A stretch of 64,000 nt of DNA from an uncultured Bacilli bacterium (GTDB lineage Bacteria > Bacillota_I > Bacilli_A > RF39 > UBA660): NCBI GenBank assembly GCA_934096735.1, contig CAKOMS010000003.1, positions 7,298 through 71,297 of the forward strand, in the 5' to 3' direction. Below the pieces are notes generated by a model, which saw only the letters and a list, made by a program, of their open reading frames with translations, was not told where the DNA came from and did no database searches. The position numbers and the translations under genes are program-made. Shown one piece after another: positions 1 to 10,273 of the stretch (position 1 is its first letter; each line of letters starts with the position of its first letter).

Positions 1-1
1 A

Positions 2-493
2 ATTAAGGCTTTAGAAGAAAGTGGTAAATTAAAAGATACAGTTATTGCTTTAGTAGGGGATCATTATCCATATGAACTTACATTAGATGAAGTTAATGAA
101 GTAAGTAGTTATGAAAAAGATGCTATAGTAACAGTTAATAAAAGTAATTTTATTTTATGGAATAGTGAAATGGAAACTGTAGAAGTTAATAAAGTTGGTA
201 GTCAAATTGATGTAATTCCTACTATATATAATTTATTTGGTATAAAGTATGATTCAAGGTTATTTATAGGTAAAGATATACTTAGTACTGAAGGTGGTCT
301 TGCTATTTTTGGGAATTCTAGTTGGGTTACTGATAAAGGTATATATTATTCTAATAGTAGAAAATTTGTATCAAATGATGGATCTACAGATAATAATGAT
401 TATATTAAAATGGTTAATGGTATTGTTAATAATAAGATTACTATGAGCAAGTTAATAATAGAGAATAATTATTATAAGAAGGTTTTAGATTAA
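2..493 (+). CDS. C-terminal part of an LtaS-type sulfatase-fold lipoteichoic acid synthase / phosphoglycerol transferase (5' end outside window)
   Basis: The frame of ORF 170..493 stays open to the window edge. Translation IKALEESGKLKDTVIALVGDHYPYELTLDEV...GSQIDVIPTIYNLFGI resembles the conserved C-terminal half of LtaS-family enzymes. Confidence 0.7.
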   Translation: MKALEESGKLKDTVIALVGDHYPYELTLDEVNEVSSYEKDAIVTVNKSNFILWNSEMETVEVNKVGSQIDVIPTIYNLFGIKYDSRLFIGKDILSTEGGLAIFGNSSWVTDKGIYYSNSRKFVSNDGSTDNNDYIKMVNGIVNNKITMSKLIIENNYYKKVLD

Positions 494-527
494 ACTTTCT
501 TTTTTTAATAAAAAAATATACCTTGTT

Positions 528-2000
528 TTATGGTATATTTATTGTTTCTTTTTCTTTTATGTTTTTTAAAATGTTCTCAATTTTATTTTTATATTCTTTA
601 TTAAAGTTTTTATGATTTTCAATTTTTTCTTTGTAATAATTTATTTTATTTAAATCTTTTTTTTCATAATATATATACATAAGTTCACATAAAGAATCAA
701 TTAAATTGGATGATTTTTCATAATAATCTATAGCTTTATTTAAGTCTTTTTCTAAATTAACATAAATGCATCCAGTAGAATAGAAGTATTTTGCAAGATA
801 ATAATAAGATGTGATGTTTCTTTCTTTTATAGAAGATGTTAATGATTCATTAAAATATTTAAATGCTTCTTTTAAAGAATTATTTTTTAAATAAATTACT
901 CCAAGTTCTTTGCAAGCATAACTTTCTTTTAATTCTGCGCTTTTTTTAAAGCATTCAATAGTTTTATTTATATCTTTATCTTTGTAATAATTAGCTAAAT
1001 TATTAAAAGCATAGACATAATTTTTACTTGCTGCTTCTTCAAATAAACTTAAAGCAATATTTATGTCTTTTTTTACTCCTAGTCCTTCTTTATACATAAG
1101 ACCTAGAGAATTAATTGCAGCGATGTTTCCTAAAGATTTAGCTTTTTCAAAGTATTTGATTGCTTCATCGTATTCATAGTTTCCAATTTTACCGTTTTTA
1201 ATCATGTTACCCATAGTCCACCAGGCAGATGGGTGATTTTTTTCAGCAGCAGATGCAAAATATTCAAATGCTTTTTCATAATTTGGTTTGCCACTAAAGT
1301 AACCTCTATATTCATTTATTCCTAAATGATAATTAGCATATGCATTTCCTTCTTTGGCTAAATTTACTAGTGAATAATCAAAGTTTGTTCCTTCATTTAA
1401 TTCAAGAAGCAGAAAGTCTTCTAAATCTTTTACTCCTATTTTAGTACTTTCTAAAAGAGTTTCAACAACATTTTTAATTCTTTCATCTTCATATAATGGT
1501 TGTTTTTTTTCTAATATACCATATATTAAGAAATTTACAAATAAATCATAATAATTTTCTTTATTAAATAAATCAGTAAATTTTTCTAAAGCTTCTTTTT
1601 TTATGTAAAGGTCATTTTTGGATATATTGTATAGTTTTATACAAATTTCTTTTAGAATTGAATTTTTGTTTATTTCTTCAATATTCTTTATATCATAAAT
1701 TCTACCATTTACGATTGTTAAAATATTACAAACAATATCTATAAAAACTTTGTTATTTTTTTCATATTTATTTTTTAAGTTAATATAAATTTGTTTGTAA
1801 TCATTTCCAATACTTCTTGAACCAATGCAATAATTATTTATTGTAGAGTCATTTGCATAGGGCACGTTAAAAATTGTACAAAACACTTCGCTTTGTATTG
1901 CGGATGATTTATTTTTACTTAGTTCTTTAATAGTAATTATTATATTACCTAAAGATAGATGACTATAAGAGTCATTTAATTTTATATATTTTCTTTCCAT
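528..2000 (-). CDS. Sel1-like/TPR repeat protein with uncharacterised N-terminal domain
   Basis: 490-aa ORF. The C-terminal half has repeated A..G...A...LG.MY..G.GV..D...A..(Y/W)F..AA units typical of Sel1 repeats. Confidence 0.65.
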   Translation of the reverse strand: MERKYIKLNDSYSHLSLGNIIITIKELSKNKSSAIQSEVFCTIFNVPYANDSTINNYCIGSRSIGNDYKQIYINLKNKYEKNNKVFIDIVCNILTIVNGRIYDIKNIEEINKNSILKEICIKLYNISKNDLYIKKEALEKFTDLFNKENYYDLFVNFLIYGILEKKQPLYEDERIKNVVETLLESTKIGVKDLEDFLLLELNEGTNFDYSLVNLAKEGNAYANYHLGINEYRGYFSGKPNYEKAFEYFASAAEKNHPSAWWTMGNMIKNGKIGNYEYDEAIKYFEKAKSLGNIAAINSLGLMYKEGLGVKKDINIALSLFEEAASKNYVYAFNNLANYYKDKDINKTIECFKKSAELKESYACKELGVIYLKNNSLKEAFKYFNESLTSSIKERNITSYYYLAKYFYSTGCIYVNLEKDLNKAIDYYEKSSNLIDSLCELMYIYYEKKDLNKINYYKEKIENHKNFNKEYKNKIENILKNIKEKETINIP

Positions 2001-2114
2001 GTTTTTATTATATCACTTTTTCGAATAAATTGCGAGTGAAAAATATGAAAAGCGGGTATATGTGTAAATGAAATTAATTTTTATTTTATAATATACTTTT
2101 TATAGGAGGAAGTT

Positions 2115-3347
2115 ATGAAAAAATTTTTGAAAAATTATAAGAGTACTTTGATACTTCTTGGTAGTGTTATTTTAGGGGTTATAGTTGGTCTTGTTTTTGG
2201 AGAGAAAGCAACAGTATTAAGTCCACTTGGAGATATTTTTATCAATTTAATGTTTGTTGTAATTGTTCCTTTAGTATTTTTAACTATTAGTAGTGCAATT
2301 ATTAAAATGGATAGTCCAAAAAGACTTGGAAAAATTATGTCTAGAATAGTAATTGTATTTATTTTAATGTCTCTAGTAGCAGCATTAGTAGGAGTAGTTT
2401 CAACTTATGCAGTTAAACTTGTAAATGGAAGTGATGTAGTTGGTATATTAGAACTTATTGATGATAGTGCATCGACTGATACAGAACTTAATATTTTAGA
2501 AAGGACTGCTAGTATACTTACTGTAAATGATTTTAATAAATTACTTAGTAAGGATAGTATAATTGCAATATTAATATTTGCTATAATATTTGGTTTAGGT
2601 GTTAGAAAGACAAAAGAGAAAGGCGAAATAGTTAGTAAATTTATTATAGGGTTAAATGATGTTATATTAAATGTTGTAAATATAATAATGTATTATGCAC
2701 CGATTGGTCTTTCTTGTTATATGGCAGCATTAATTGGTAGTTATGGAAGTAGTATAGCAGTAGGATTTTTAAAAACATTTATTGTTTATACTATTGCATC
2801 AATATTTATTTATGTAGTTATTTATAGTATTTATGCTTTAATTAGTGGTGGATTTGATGCTTTAAAAAGATATTGGAGTGTTATTCTTGCTCCGACTACA
2901 ATGGCTCTTGCTACATGCTCATCTGCTGCTAGTATTCCTGTAAATGTAGTTGCTACTAAAAAAATGGGAGTATCACCTGATGTTTGTGAGGCTACTATTC
3001 CAATGGGTACAAGTTTCCATAAAGATGGCTCTGTACTTGGTAGTGTATTTAAAATTATGTTTTTAGTTTATTTGTTTAATACAAGCCCTAGTATTTGGAC
3101 TGTAATTGGGGTATCATTACTTGCAACTTTACTTGTAACTGCAGTTCCAGTAGGTGGTGGTACTATTTCAGAAATGTTTATTTTAACTCTTATGGGATTT
3201 CCTGTTGGAGCATTACCAATACTTACAATTATTGCAACAGTTATTGATGCTCCTGCAACAGTACTAAATGTTGTTGGTGATACATCGGCGTCATTATTGA
3301 TAGGAAGACTCGTTGATGGCAAAAAGTTTCTTACAAATAAAAAATAA
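2115..3347 (+). CDS. dicarboxylate/amino acid:cation symporter (DAACS/GltP-SstT family)
   Basis: 410-aa polytopic membrane ORF with RBS aggagg upstream. Motifs CSSAASIPV, IPMGTSFHKDGS and VVGDTSAS are typical of the sodium:dicarboxylate symporter family. Confidence 0.8.
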   Translation: MKKFLKNYKSTLILLGSVILGVIVGLVFGEKATVLSPLGDIFINLMFVVIVPLVFLTISSAIIKMDSPKRLGKIMSRIVIVFILMSLVAALVGVVSTYAVKLVNGSDVVGILELIDDSASTDTELNILERTASILTVNDFNKLLSKDSIIAILIFAIIFGLGVRKTKEKGEIVSKFIIGLNDVILNVVNIIMYYAPIGLSCYMAALIGSYGSSIAVGFLKTFIVYTIASIFIYVVIYSIYALISGGFDALKRYWSVILAPTTMALATCSSAASIPVNVVATKKMGVSPDVCEATIPMGTSFHKDGSVLGSVFKIMFLVYLFNTSPSIWTVIGVSLLATLLVTAVPVGGGTISEMFILTLMGFPVGALPILTIIATVIDAPATVLNVVGDTSASLLIGRLVDGKKFLTNKK

Positions 3348-3352
3348 TTTTT

Positions 3353-3378
3353 AACACTTCTTAGTAAGTGTTTTTTTT
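3353..3378 (+). terminator. rho-independent terminator after the symporter gene
   Basis: aacactt-cttagt-aagtgtt hairpin followed by a T8 run. Confidence 0.6.
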
Positions 3379-3402
3379 GTTATAATTAATGTGGAGAGTA
3401 TT

Positions 3403-3936
3403 ATGAATAAAGAAAAAAATTTAGTTGTATTTTTGTTATCTTTTATAATTATATTTGTTATTTTAATTATTTTTATTATTACTTTTAATGAAAATGATAA
3501 TAAAAAAATATATACATATGAAAATAATAACGAAATTGTAACTGTTAACTTAAAATGGATTAATTATTTAGAAAATAGTAATATTAATAGTATAAATCTA
3601 TATAAAGAAGAATATGATGATACTTTAGAAGTTAGTATTAATAATGATGATCTTAAAGAAATATTTGATAATATAAAAAATAAGAATTTAATAAAAACTT
3701 ATTATGTTGGACTTGGTAGTGGTGTTACTTATACATTAGAAGTTAATTATAATAATGATTATTATTTTAGAATAATTAATGGAAATATTTTTATAGATGA
3801 ATGTGATGATAATTTAAAAAATATATTTAATAGTATTTCTTATGATGAAATTAAAGTTACTAATAGTGATGAGTATTATTATGAGATTGATAGTTATGAT
3901 AGTTCTTTTTATTTAAAGTATTTTAGTAATAATTAA
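3403..3936 (+). CDS. hypothetical N-terminally membrane-anchored protein
   Basis: ORF with one N-terminal TM helix. I start it at ATG 3403, because tataat at 3381 and ggagag just upstream argue against the GTG at 3391. No recognisable family. Confidence 0.45.
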   Translation: MNKEKNLVVFLLSFIIIFVILIIFIITFNENDNKKIYTYENNNEIVTVNLKWINYLENSNINSINLYKEEYDDTLEVSINNDDLKEIFDNIKNKNLIKTYYVGLGSGVTYTLEVNYNNDYYFRIINGNIFIDECDDNLKNIFNSISYDEIKVTNSDEYYYEIDSYDSSFYLKYFSNN

Positions 3937-3983
3937 TGCTAGTAAAATAGTTATATTTATTTTATAATTTAGATGGTGATACT

Positions 3984-4343
3984 ATGAAATATAAATGTAA
4001 TCCTGGTAAAAGTAATAAATTTGTTATGAATATGCTTTTATGTTTTATTATATTTACTTCTGCTGTTTGGTTAATACTTAGAGAATATGTTTATTTTTTT
4101 GTATATTTATTTTTAGCAGTGATTTTATGGCATATGTATTACTTTAGTAGTTATGAAATTAAAGATAATTATTTTGTTTATAAAGTTGGTTTTTTAAAAT
4201 TTAAAATTAAATATAAAGATATAAAAGAAGTTATTAAAAATAATAATAAAATTATTTTGAAATTAAAGTTTATAAGACTTGGTGTATATGTAGAAAATAT
4301 TCAAGGGTTTTATATGAATTTGTTAAGTAAGATGGAAAGGTAG
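3984..4343 (+). CDS. small membrane protein with bacterial PH-like C-terminal region
   Basis: 119-aa ORF: two hydrophobic helices, then SYEIKDNYFVYKVGFLKFKIKYKDIKEV, which resembles bacterial PH (bPH) domain proteins. Confidence 0.4.
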   Translation: MKYKCNPGKSNKFVMNMLLCFIIFTSAVWLILREYVYFFVYLFLAVILWHMYYFSSYEIKDNYFVYKVGFLKFKIKYKDIKEVIKNNNKIILKLKFIRLGVYVENIQGFYMNLLSKMER

Positions 4344-4348
4344 TTAAT

Positions 4349-5443
4349 ATGGAATATGTTATTTTAGGACTTTTAATAGTTATAGTTATTTTACTTATAG
4401 TAATATTACTTAAGGGTACTAATAAAGATTTTGTTGAAAGAATAGGGAGATTTGAAGTTAATATGACCCGAGAAATCGGAGATTTCAAAGTTAATTTTAG
4501 TAAAGATATTAGACATGATTTTGATGTTTTAGATAATAAGATTGAGTATAAATTAAATGTTATAAATGATAGAGTTAATAATAAATTAGATGAGAGTTTT
4601 GAAAAAAGTAATAAGACATTTATGAATGTACTTGAAAGACTTAATAAGATAGATGAAGCTCAAAAGAAAATAGATAGTTTAAGTACCGATATTGTTTCTT
4701 TACAAAGTGTTTTAACTGATAAAAAGACTAGAGGTACATTTGGAGAAGTAAACTTAGAATATATACTTAATAATGCATTTGGAAGTAAATCTAGTGGTAT
4801 ATATAGTGTGCAACATAAAATGAGTAATGGTTATATTGCTGATACTTTGCTTTATGCTCCAGCTCCTTTGGGTACTATTGCAATAGATAGTAAGTTTCCT
4901 TTAGAAAATTATCAAAAAATGGTTGATAGAAGTAGGACTAAAGAAGAAAGACTTCTTTTTGAAAAAGCATTTGTGAGTGATGTTAAGAAACATATTAATG
5001 ATATTAAAGAAAAATATATTATTCCTGGAGAAACTAGTGATGAAGCGATTATGTTTTTACCTGCTGAGGCTATATTTGCAGAAATTAATGCTTATCATCC
5101 AGAACTTTTAAATTATGCATATTCTAATAAAGTATGGATAACTGGACCAACTACTTTAATTAGTACTTTATCTATAATTAGTATGATTATTAAAAATATG
5201 GAAAGAGATAAATATGCTAAAGTTATACATGAAGAATTAGAAAAATTAGGTATTGAATTTAATAGATATAAAGATAGATGGGATAAGTTATCTAGGAATG
5301 TTAAGAGTGTTAATCAAAGTATTGAAGAATTACATACTACTAGTGAAAAGATAAGTAAGAGATTTAATAGTATTAAGAATGCTAATATAAAAGAGATTAA
5401 AGAAGAAAATGATTTAAAGATTGATTATAATGATGAGGAGTAA
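4349..5443 (+). CDS. rmuC: DNA recombination protein RmuC
   Basis: 364 aa: N-terminal TM helix, coiled-coil region, then TRGTFGEVNLEYILNNAFG...MFLPAEAIFAEI, typical of the RmuC family. Confidence 0.8.
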   Translation: MEYVILGLLIVIVILLIVILLKGTNKDFVERIGRFEVNMTREIGDFKVNFSKDIRHDFDVLDNKIEYKLNVINDRVNNKLDESFEKSNKTFMNVLERLNKIDEAQKKIDSLSTDIVSLQSVLTDKKTRGTFGEVNLEYILNNAFGSKSSGIYSVQHKMSNGYIADTLLYAPAPLGTIAIDSKFPLENYQKMVDRSRTKEERLLFEKAFVSDVKKHINDIKEKYIIPGETSDEAIMFLPAEAIFAEINAYHPELLNYAYSNKVWITGPTTLISTLSIISMIIKNMERDKYAKVIHEELEKLGIEFNRYKDRWDKLSRNVKSVNQSIEELHTTSEKISKRFNSIKNANIKEIKEENDLKIDYNDEE

Positions 5444-5447
5444 TTGT

Positions 5448-6056
5448 ATGAAGATTTATATGATATGTAATGAATCTTTATTAGAAGATTTTAGATATGA
5501 AAATAAAGATAATTTAGAGTTTATTAGAATGATTAGACCACTTAGTATATATGGAGAAGAACTTGCAAAGAATTTAGTTAATAATAAGATATTTGAAGGT
5601 GATTATAAAATTTATTCTAGTTATTATACGAGTACTATTAGTAGTGCCAAATATTTGTCTTCTAAGTTAGAGACTGAAGTTATATTAGATGAAAGTTTTA
5701 ATGATTGTAAAGTTGGAGAACTTGGAAGTAAAAATATGAAGATGGTTAAAGGTATTCAAAATAGAGATTTTTCTTATAAGCTTGTTAATGGAGAATCTTT
5801 AGAAGATGTTAGAAAAAGAGTAGTCAGTAAAGTTAATAAATTACTTTTAGGTGAAGATGATATTATTATTTTTACTCATAAAAGAGTAATTCTTGCTTAT
5901 TTATTAGAATATTTTAATCATGATTATAATTTAGATGAAAATATTATTATTGAAAAAGATGGAAAAGTAATATTTGAAGATAATGAAAAAACTTTAGAAG
6001 TTTATGAATTTACTTATACAAATAAAAAATTAACTGATGTAAAAATTGTCAGTTAA
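5448..6056 (+). CDS. histidine-phosphatase-fold protein with substituted catalytic N-terminal motif
   Basis: Layout resembles the phosphoglycerate mutase-like superfamily (LSIYGEELAKNL, IYSSYYTSTISSAKYL, GESLEDVRKR, IIFTHKRV). The N-terminal RHG position reads ICNES. Start chosen at ATG 5448, after the rmuC stop. Confidence 0.45.
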   Translation: MKIYMICNESLLEDFRYENKDNLEFIRMIRPLSIYGEELAKNLVNNKIFEGDYKIYSSYYTSTISSAKYLSSKLETEVILDESFNDCKVGELGSKNMKMVKGIQNRDFSYKLVNGESLEDVRKRVVSKVNKLLLGEDDIIIFTHKRVILAYLLEYFNHDYNLDENIIIEKDGKVIFEDNEKTLEVYEFTYTNKKLTDVKIVS

Positions 6057-6064
6057 TTTTTTTA

Positions 6065-6256
6065 TTATTCATTGTCTATTGTGATCCATTCAGTAGTACC
6101 ACATGTAGTACATATTTGAGGTACTAAAACTTTTTTACCTTTTGGTAAATCAATCTTTTTTTCTAAAGTGACACAAAGCATACCACTTTCTGGATCAATA
6201 TAGCATCTTCCTTGAGTTTGTGTTTCGTTACATTTTGAACATCCTGGTTTTTTCAT
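6065..6256 (-). CDS. small zinc-ribbon protein
   Basis: 63-aa ORF with CSKC...C and CTTC cysteine pairs. Confidence 0.45.
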   Translation of the reverse strand: MKKPGCSKCNETQTQGRCYIDPESGMLCVTLEKKIDLPKGKKVLVPQICTTCGTTEWITIDNE

Positions 6257-6362
6257 TTTCTCACCCTTTACTAGTATGCTCGTAAATAATTTTTTATATG
6301 CAAATTTTATCTATAAAAAAAATGTAAATTCGTGTATAATTAAAATGTAAAGGAGAATACCA

Positions 6363-6923
6363 ATGGAATATAAAGTAAATGTAAGAGTAAGTAATAGACA
6401 TGTTCATTTAACAAAAGAAACTTTTGAAAAATTGTTTGATGGAGAAATAGAAAAAGATTATGATTTAAATCAAATAGGAGAGTTTGCATCAAAACAATTT
6501 TTAACTATAAATTATAATGGTATTAGAATACCTAATGTAAGAGTACTTGGGCAATTTAGAGATTATAATCAAGTTGAGATATCAAAAAGAGATGCTAGAG
6601 GTTTAAAATGTAATCCACCGGTTAGAAGTAGTGGTGTATTAGATGATGCTCTTTTTGTTACTTTAGAAACTCCAAAGGGTAGTGTTACTACTAAAGCATT
6701 AATTATTGCAGATAGACATGTACATATGAGTCCTGATGATGCAATTAAGTATGGTGTTTTAGATAAACAAAAGGTAAAGGTAAGAATTCCTGGTGATAAA
6801 AGTGGAGTTATGGATGCAGTAATAAAAGTTGGTACAACTGGATATTATGAGTTTCATGTTGATACAGATGATGCAAATGCCTTTTTGATTGAAGATAATG
6901 ATGAGGTAACATTAATAATATGA
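6363..6923 (+). CDS. pduL: phosphate propanoyl/acetyl-transferase PduL
   Basis: 186 aa with a duplicated SNRHVHL / ADRHVHM motif characteristic of PduL; RBS aaaggag. Confidence 0.85.
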   Translation: MEYKVNVRVSNRHVHLTKETFEKLFDGEIEKDYDLNQIGEFASKQFLTINYNGIRIPNVRVLGQFRDYNQVEISKRDARGLKCNPPVRSSGVLDDALFVTLETPKGSVTTKALIIADRHVHMSPDDAIKYGVLDKQKVKVRIPGDKSGVMDAVIKVGTTGYYEFHVDTDDANAFLIEDNDEVTLII

Positions 6924-7906
6924 GTGGTTTTGATATAGGTAATGTTCATATAGATAATAAAGTGGTGCTTGCTCCGATGGCTGGAATAACAAGTACTACT
7001 TTTAGAAAGATTTGTAAAAGTATGGGAGCTGGCTTGGTAGTTGCTGAGATGGTATCTGATAAAGCTATTGTTTTTGAATCTAAAAAAACTTTTGATTTAT
7101 TAAAGATGGATGAAATGGAAAGGCCTATTTCTCAGCAAATATTTGGAAGTGACCCAAAAACTATGGCGCTTGCTGCTAAAAAGATTGAATCTGTAATGAA
7201 ACCAGATATTATTGATATAAATATGGGTTGTCCTGTTCCAAAAGTTGCAATTAAAAATCATGCTGGAAGTAGTCTTATGAAAGATCCAAAGTTATGTTAT
7301 CAAATTGTTAAGAGTGTGGTAGATGCAGTAAGTGTTCCTGTTACTGTTAAAATTAGAAGTGGTTGGGATGAAAAAAGTATTAATGCACCTTATATAGCAA
7401 GTATTTGTGAAAAAGCAGGTGCTAGTGCTATTTTTGTTCATGGTAGAACTAGAAGTCAAGGTTATAGTGGTTGTGCTGATTTAAATGTTATTAAAATGGT
7501 AAAAGAGAGTGTTAGTATACCTGTTATTGGAAATGGAGATATAAAAACACCAGAAGATGCACAAAGAATGATGGACATAACTAATTGTGATGCAGTTATG
7601 ATTGGCAGAGGTGCACTTGGTAATCCTTGGCTTATAAGAGATACAATAGAGTATTTAAATACTGGAAAGAAAAATGAAGAAGTTTCTATAAAAGAAAAAA
7701 TAGATATGATGATTTATAATATAAAAGAACTTGTAAAAGATAAAAATGAGAAAATAGGAGTGCTTGAGATGAGAAGTGAACTTATGTATTATTTGAAAGG
7801 ACTTCCTAATACTAAAGAATTAAAATTAAGCATTTGTTCTTGTACTACAGAAGAAGAACTTATAAATCTTTTACACGAATATTATAATAGTCTTATGGAG
7901 AGTTAA
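6920..7906 (+). CDS. dusB: tRNA-dihydrouridine synthase B
   Basis: 328 aa with LAPMAGIT, DINMGCP and HGRTR motifs of the Dus family. ATGA overlap with the pduL stop. Confidence 0.9.
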   Translation: MSGFDIGNVHIDNKVVLAPMAGITSTTFRKICKSMGAGLVVAEMVSDKAIVFESKKTFDLLKMDEMERPISQQIFGSDPKTMALAAKKIESVMKPDIIDINMGCPVPKVAIKNHAGSSLMKDPKLCYQIVKSVVDAVSVPVTVKIRSGWDEKSINAPYIASICEKAGASAIFVHGRTRSQGYSGCADLNVIKMVKESVSIPVIGNGDIKTPEDAQRMMDITNCDAVMIGRGALGNPWLIRDTIEYLNTGKKNEEVSIKEKIDMMIYNIKELVKDKNEKIGVLEMRSELMYYLKGLPNTKELKLSICSCTTEEELINLLHEYYNSLMES

Positions 7907-10273
7907 ATGAATTATTTAGAGTATGTGAAAGATAATACTATAATTATTTGTAATAATGATAAAAAAATGGCTATATTAAAAAGTCTTAGTGATACTAAGA
8001 AGTTTTTAAATGTTGTTTTTTATACTGAAAAAGAATTTATTAGAAATTATTTATTTAAAGTTAAAGATGAAGCTTTGGAGTATATTACTTCAAAATATAA
8101 TCTTAATATTGATGTTTCTAAAATGTATTTAGGTAATATATATTATGTTTGTGAAAATATTAATTATAATAATAAAAAGTTAGATAAATTAGTAAGTATA
8201 AAAAAAGATTTAATAGATAATGGATTTATTATTTATAATAATTTATTTAAAAGTTATATTAAAAATTTTAATATTTTAGTTTTAAAAGATTTATATATAG
8301 ATGAGTATATATTGAATATTTATAGAGAAGTAAATGCTCAAATAATTGAACCAAAGAAAATATATGAAATAAAAGAATGTTATTTGTTTGATTCAATTAC
8401 TGAAGAAGTTAGATATGTTTTTAAGAAGATAAGTGAGCTTATAAAAAAAGGAATAGATATAAATAATATTAAAATATGTAATTTAGATGATACTTATAAT
8501 AATTTAATAAATAGATTTAGCGAATTTTATGGTATTGTAGTTAATGTAAAAAATAATAATACGTTATATGGAAATATTATTGGTAAAAAGTTTTTAGATA
8601 ATTTAAATTTAGGATTAGAAAAAGATATTGAAACAATTAAAAATTATGATAAAGATATAGTTAATAAAATTATTAATATTGTTAATAAATATAATTATGT
8701 TGATGAATATAATATAAAGAAATATTTAATATATGAATTTAAAAACACTAAAATAGAAAATTTTAATTATAAAAATTATATAGATATTGTAGATATTACT
8801 TATCCTTTTTGTGATAATGATTATGTATTTCTTATGAATTTTAATATGGGAAGTATTCCAAAATTTGTTAAAGATGAAGATTATATAACAGATAATATTA
8901 AAGATAAAGTTAATATGTTTAAGACTGATTATATAAATAAAGAAATAAAAAATAATACTATAAATATAATTAAATCTATTAAAAATCTTACTATTACTTA
9001 TAAATTAAAGGGTGAAGTAGAATGTTATCCATCTAGTTTAATAAGTGAACTAGATTTAAATGTAATAAATACTACTAATGATATTTATGAAAGTTTTAGT
9101 GAAAAAGATGATTTAATAATTTATGCAAGTTATTTAGATTTATATAATAAGTATGGAGATTTAAATAATAATTTATTTGCTTTTTATAATACGTATAATG
9201 ATATTGGTTATGGAACTTATGATAATAAATTTAGTGGAATTGATACAAATAGTTTAAAAGAGTATTTAAGTAAAGGAATTAATTTGTCTTATTCATCTTT
9301 AAGTAATTATAATAAATGTGCATTTAGATATTATATAGAAAATATACTTAAATTTTCTAAATATGAAGATACTTTTGAGGCTTACTTAGGTTCTTTATTT
9401 CATTATGTTTTAGAGAAATGTTTTAATAATAGTGATTTAAATGTAGAAGATGTAATAAAAGAATTTTTAGTTAATAATGAAAAATGTTTAAATAGTAAAG
9501 AAGAATATTTTATAGAAAAATGTGAGAGTCAAATTAATTTTGTGTTAAATGTTTTAAATGAAAGAAAAATGTATACTTCACTTGATAAAAATTTAGTAGA
9601 AAAGTATATAAGTATTAAAATAGATGAAGATAATAATGTAAATTTAGTTGGTATTGTTGATAAAATATTATATAAAGAATATGATGATAAAACTATTGTA
9701 AGCATAATTGATTATAAAACTGGAGATGTTTTAACTGATTTAACTTATTTAGATTATGGTATTGGCTTACAGCTTCCTCTTTATCTTTATTTAGTTAAGA
9801 AATCTAATTTATTTAATAATCCTAGATTTGCTGGTTTTTATATAAATTATATAATTAATTCAAATAATAATTCTCTTAAAAATAAAACTTTAGAAGAAAA
9901 GATGAGAGATAATTTAAAATTGGTAGGATATTCAAATGATGATACTAAAATACTTTGTGAATTTGATAATAATTATTCTTCTAGTGAACTTGTTATGGGT
10001 CTAAAAACTAAGAGTGATGGATCTTTTTATAAAAGTAGTAAAGTTTTAAGTGATAGTGAAATTGATGATATTATATTAGAAGTTCATAAAGTAGTAAGTA
10101 ATAATGCTAAAGATATTTTAAATGGTATATTTACTATTAATCCTAAAAAGATTGGATATAGTGATGATTACGGATGTAAGTATTGTAAGTTTAGAGATTT
10201 GTGTTTTAAGAAAGAAAATGATTATGTAATTATAGAGAAAAGAGGTGAGAGTAGTAATGCCGAAGTGGACTAA
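7907..10273 (+). CDS. addB: helicase-nuclease AddAB subunit B (short form)
   Basis: Sits directly upstream of addA. C-terminal PD-(D/E)XK region (IVDKILY...IIDYKTG) and Fe-S cysteines (CAFRYY ... CKYCKFRDLC). Only 788 aa and no Walker A seen. Confidence 0.75.
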   Translation: MNYLEYVKDNTIIICNNDKKMAILKSLSDTKKFLNVVFYTEKEFIRNYLFKVKDEALEYITSKYNLNIDVSKMYLGNIYYVCENINYNNKKLDKLVSIKKDLIDNGFIIYNNLFKSYIKNFNILVLKDLYIDEYILNIYREVNAQIIEPKKIYEIKECYLFDSITEEVRYVFKKISELIKKGIDINNIKICNLDDTYNNLINRFSEFYGIVVNVKNNNTLYGNIIGKKFLDNLNLGLEKDIETIKNYDKDIVNKIINIVNKYNYVDEYNIKKYLIYEFKNTKIENFNYKNYIDIVDITYPFCDNDYVFLMNFNMGSIPKFVKDEDYITDNIKDKVNMFKTDYINKEIKNNTINIIKSIKNLTITYKLKGEVECYPSSLISELDLNVINTTNDIYESFSEKDDLIIYASYLDLYNKYGDLNNNLFAFYNTYNDIGYGTYDNKFSGIDTNSLKEYLSKGINLSYSSLSNYNKCAFRYYIENILKFSKYEDTFEAYLGSLFHYVLEKCFNNSDLNVEDVIKEFLVNNEKCLNSKEEYFIEKCESQINFVLNVLNERKMYTSLDKNLVEKYISIKIDEDNNVNLVGIVDKILYKEYDDKTIVSIIDYKTGDVLTDLTYLDYGIGLQLPLYLYLVKKSNLFNNPRFAGFYINYIINSNNNSLKNKTLEEKMRDNLKLVGYSNDDTKILCEFDNNYSSSELVMGLKTKSDGSFYKSSKVLSDSEIDDIILEVHKVVSNNAKDILNGIFTINPKKIGYSDDYGCKYCKFRDLCFKKENDYVIIEKRGESSNAEVD

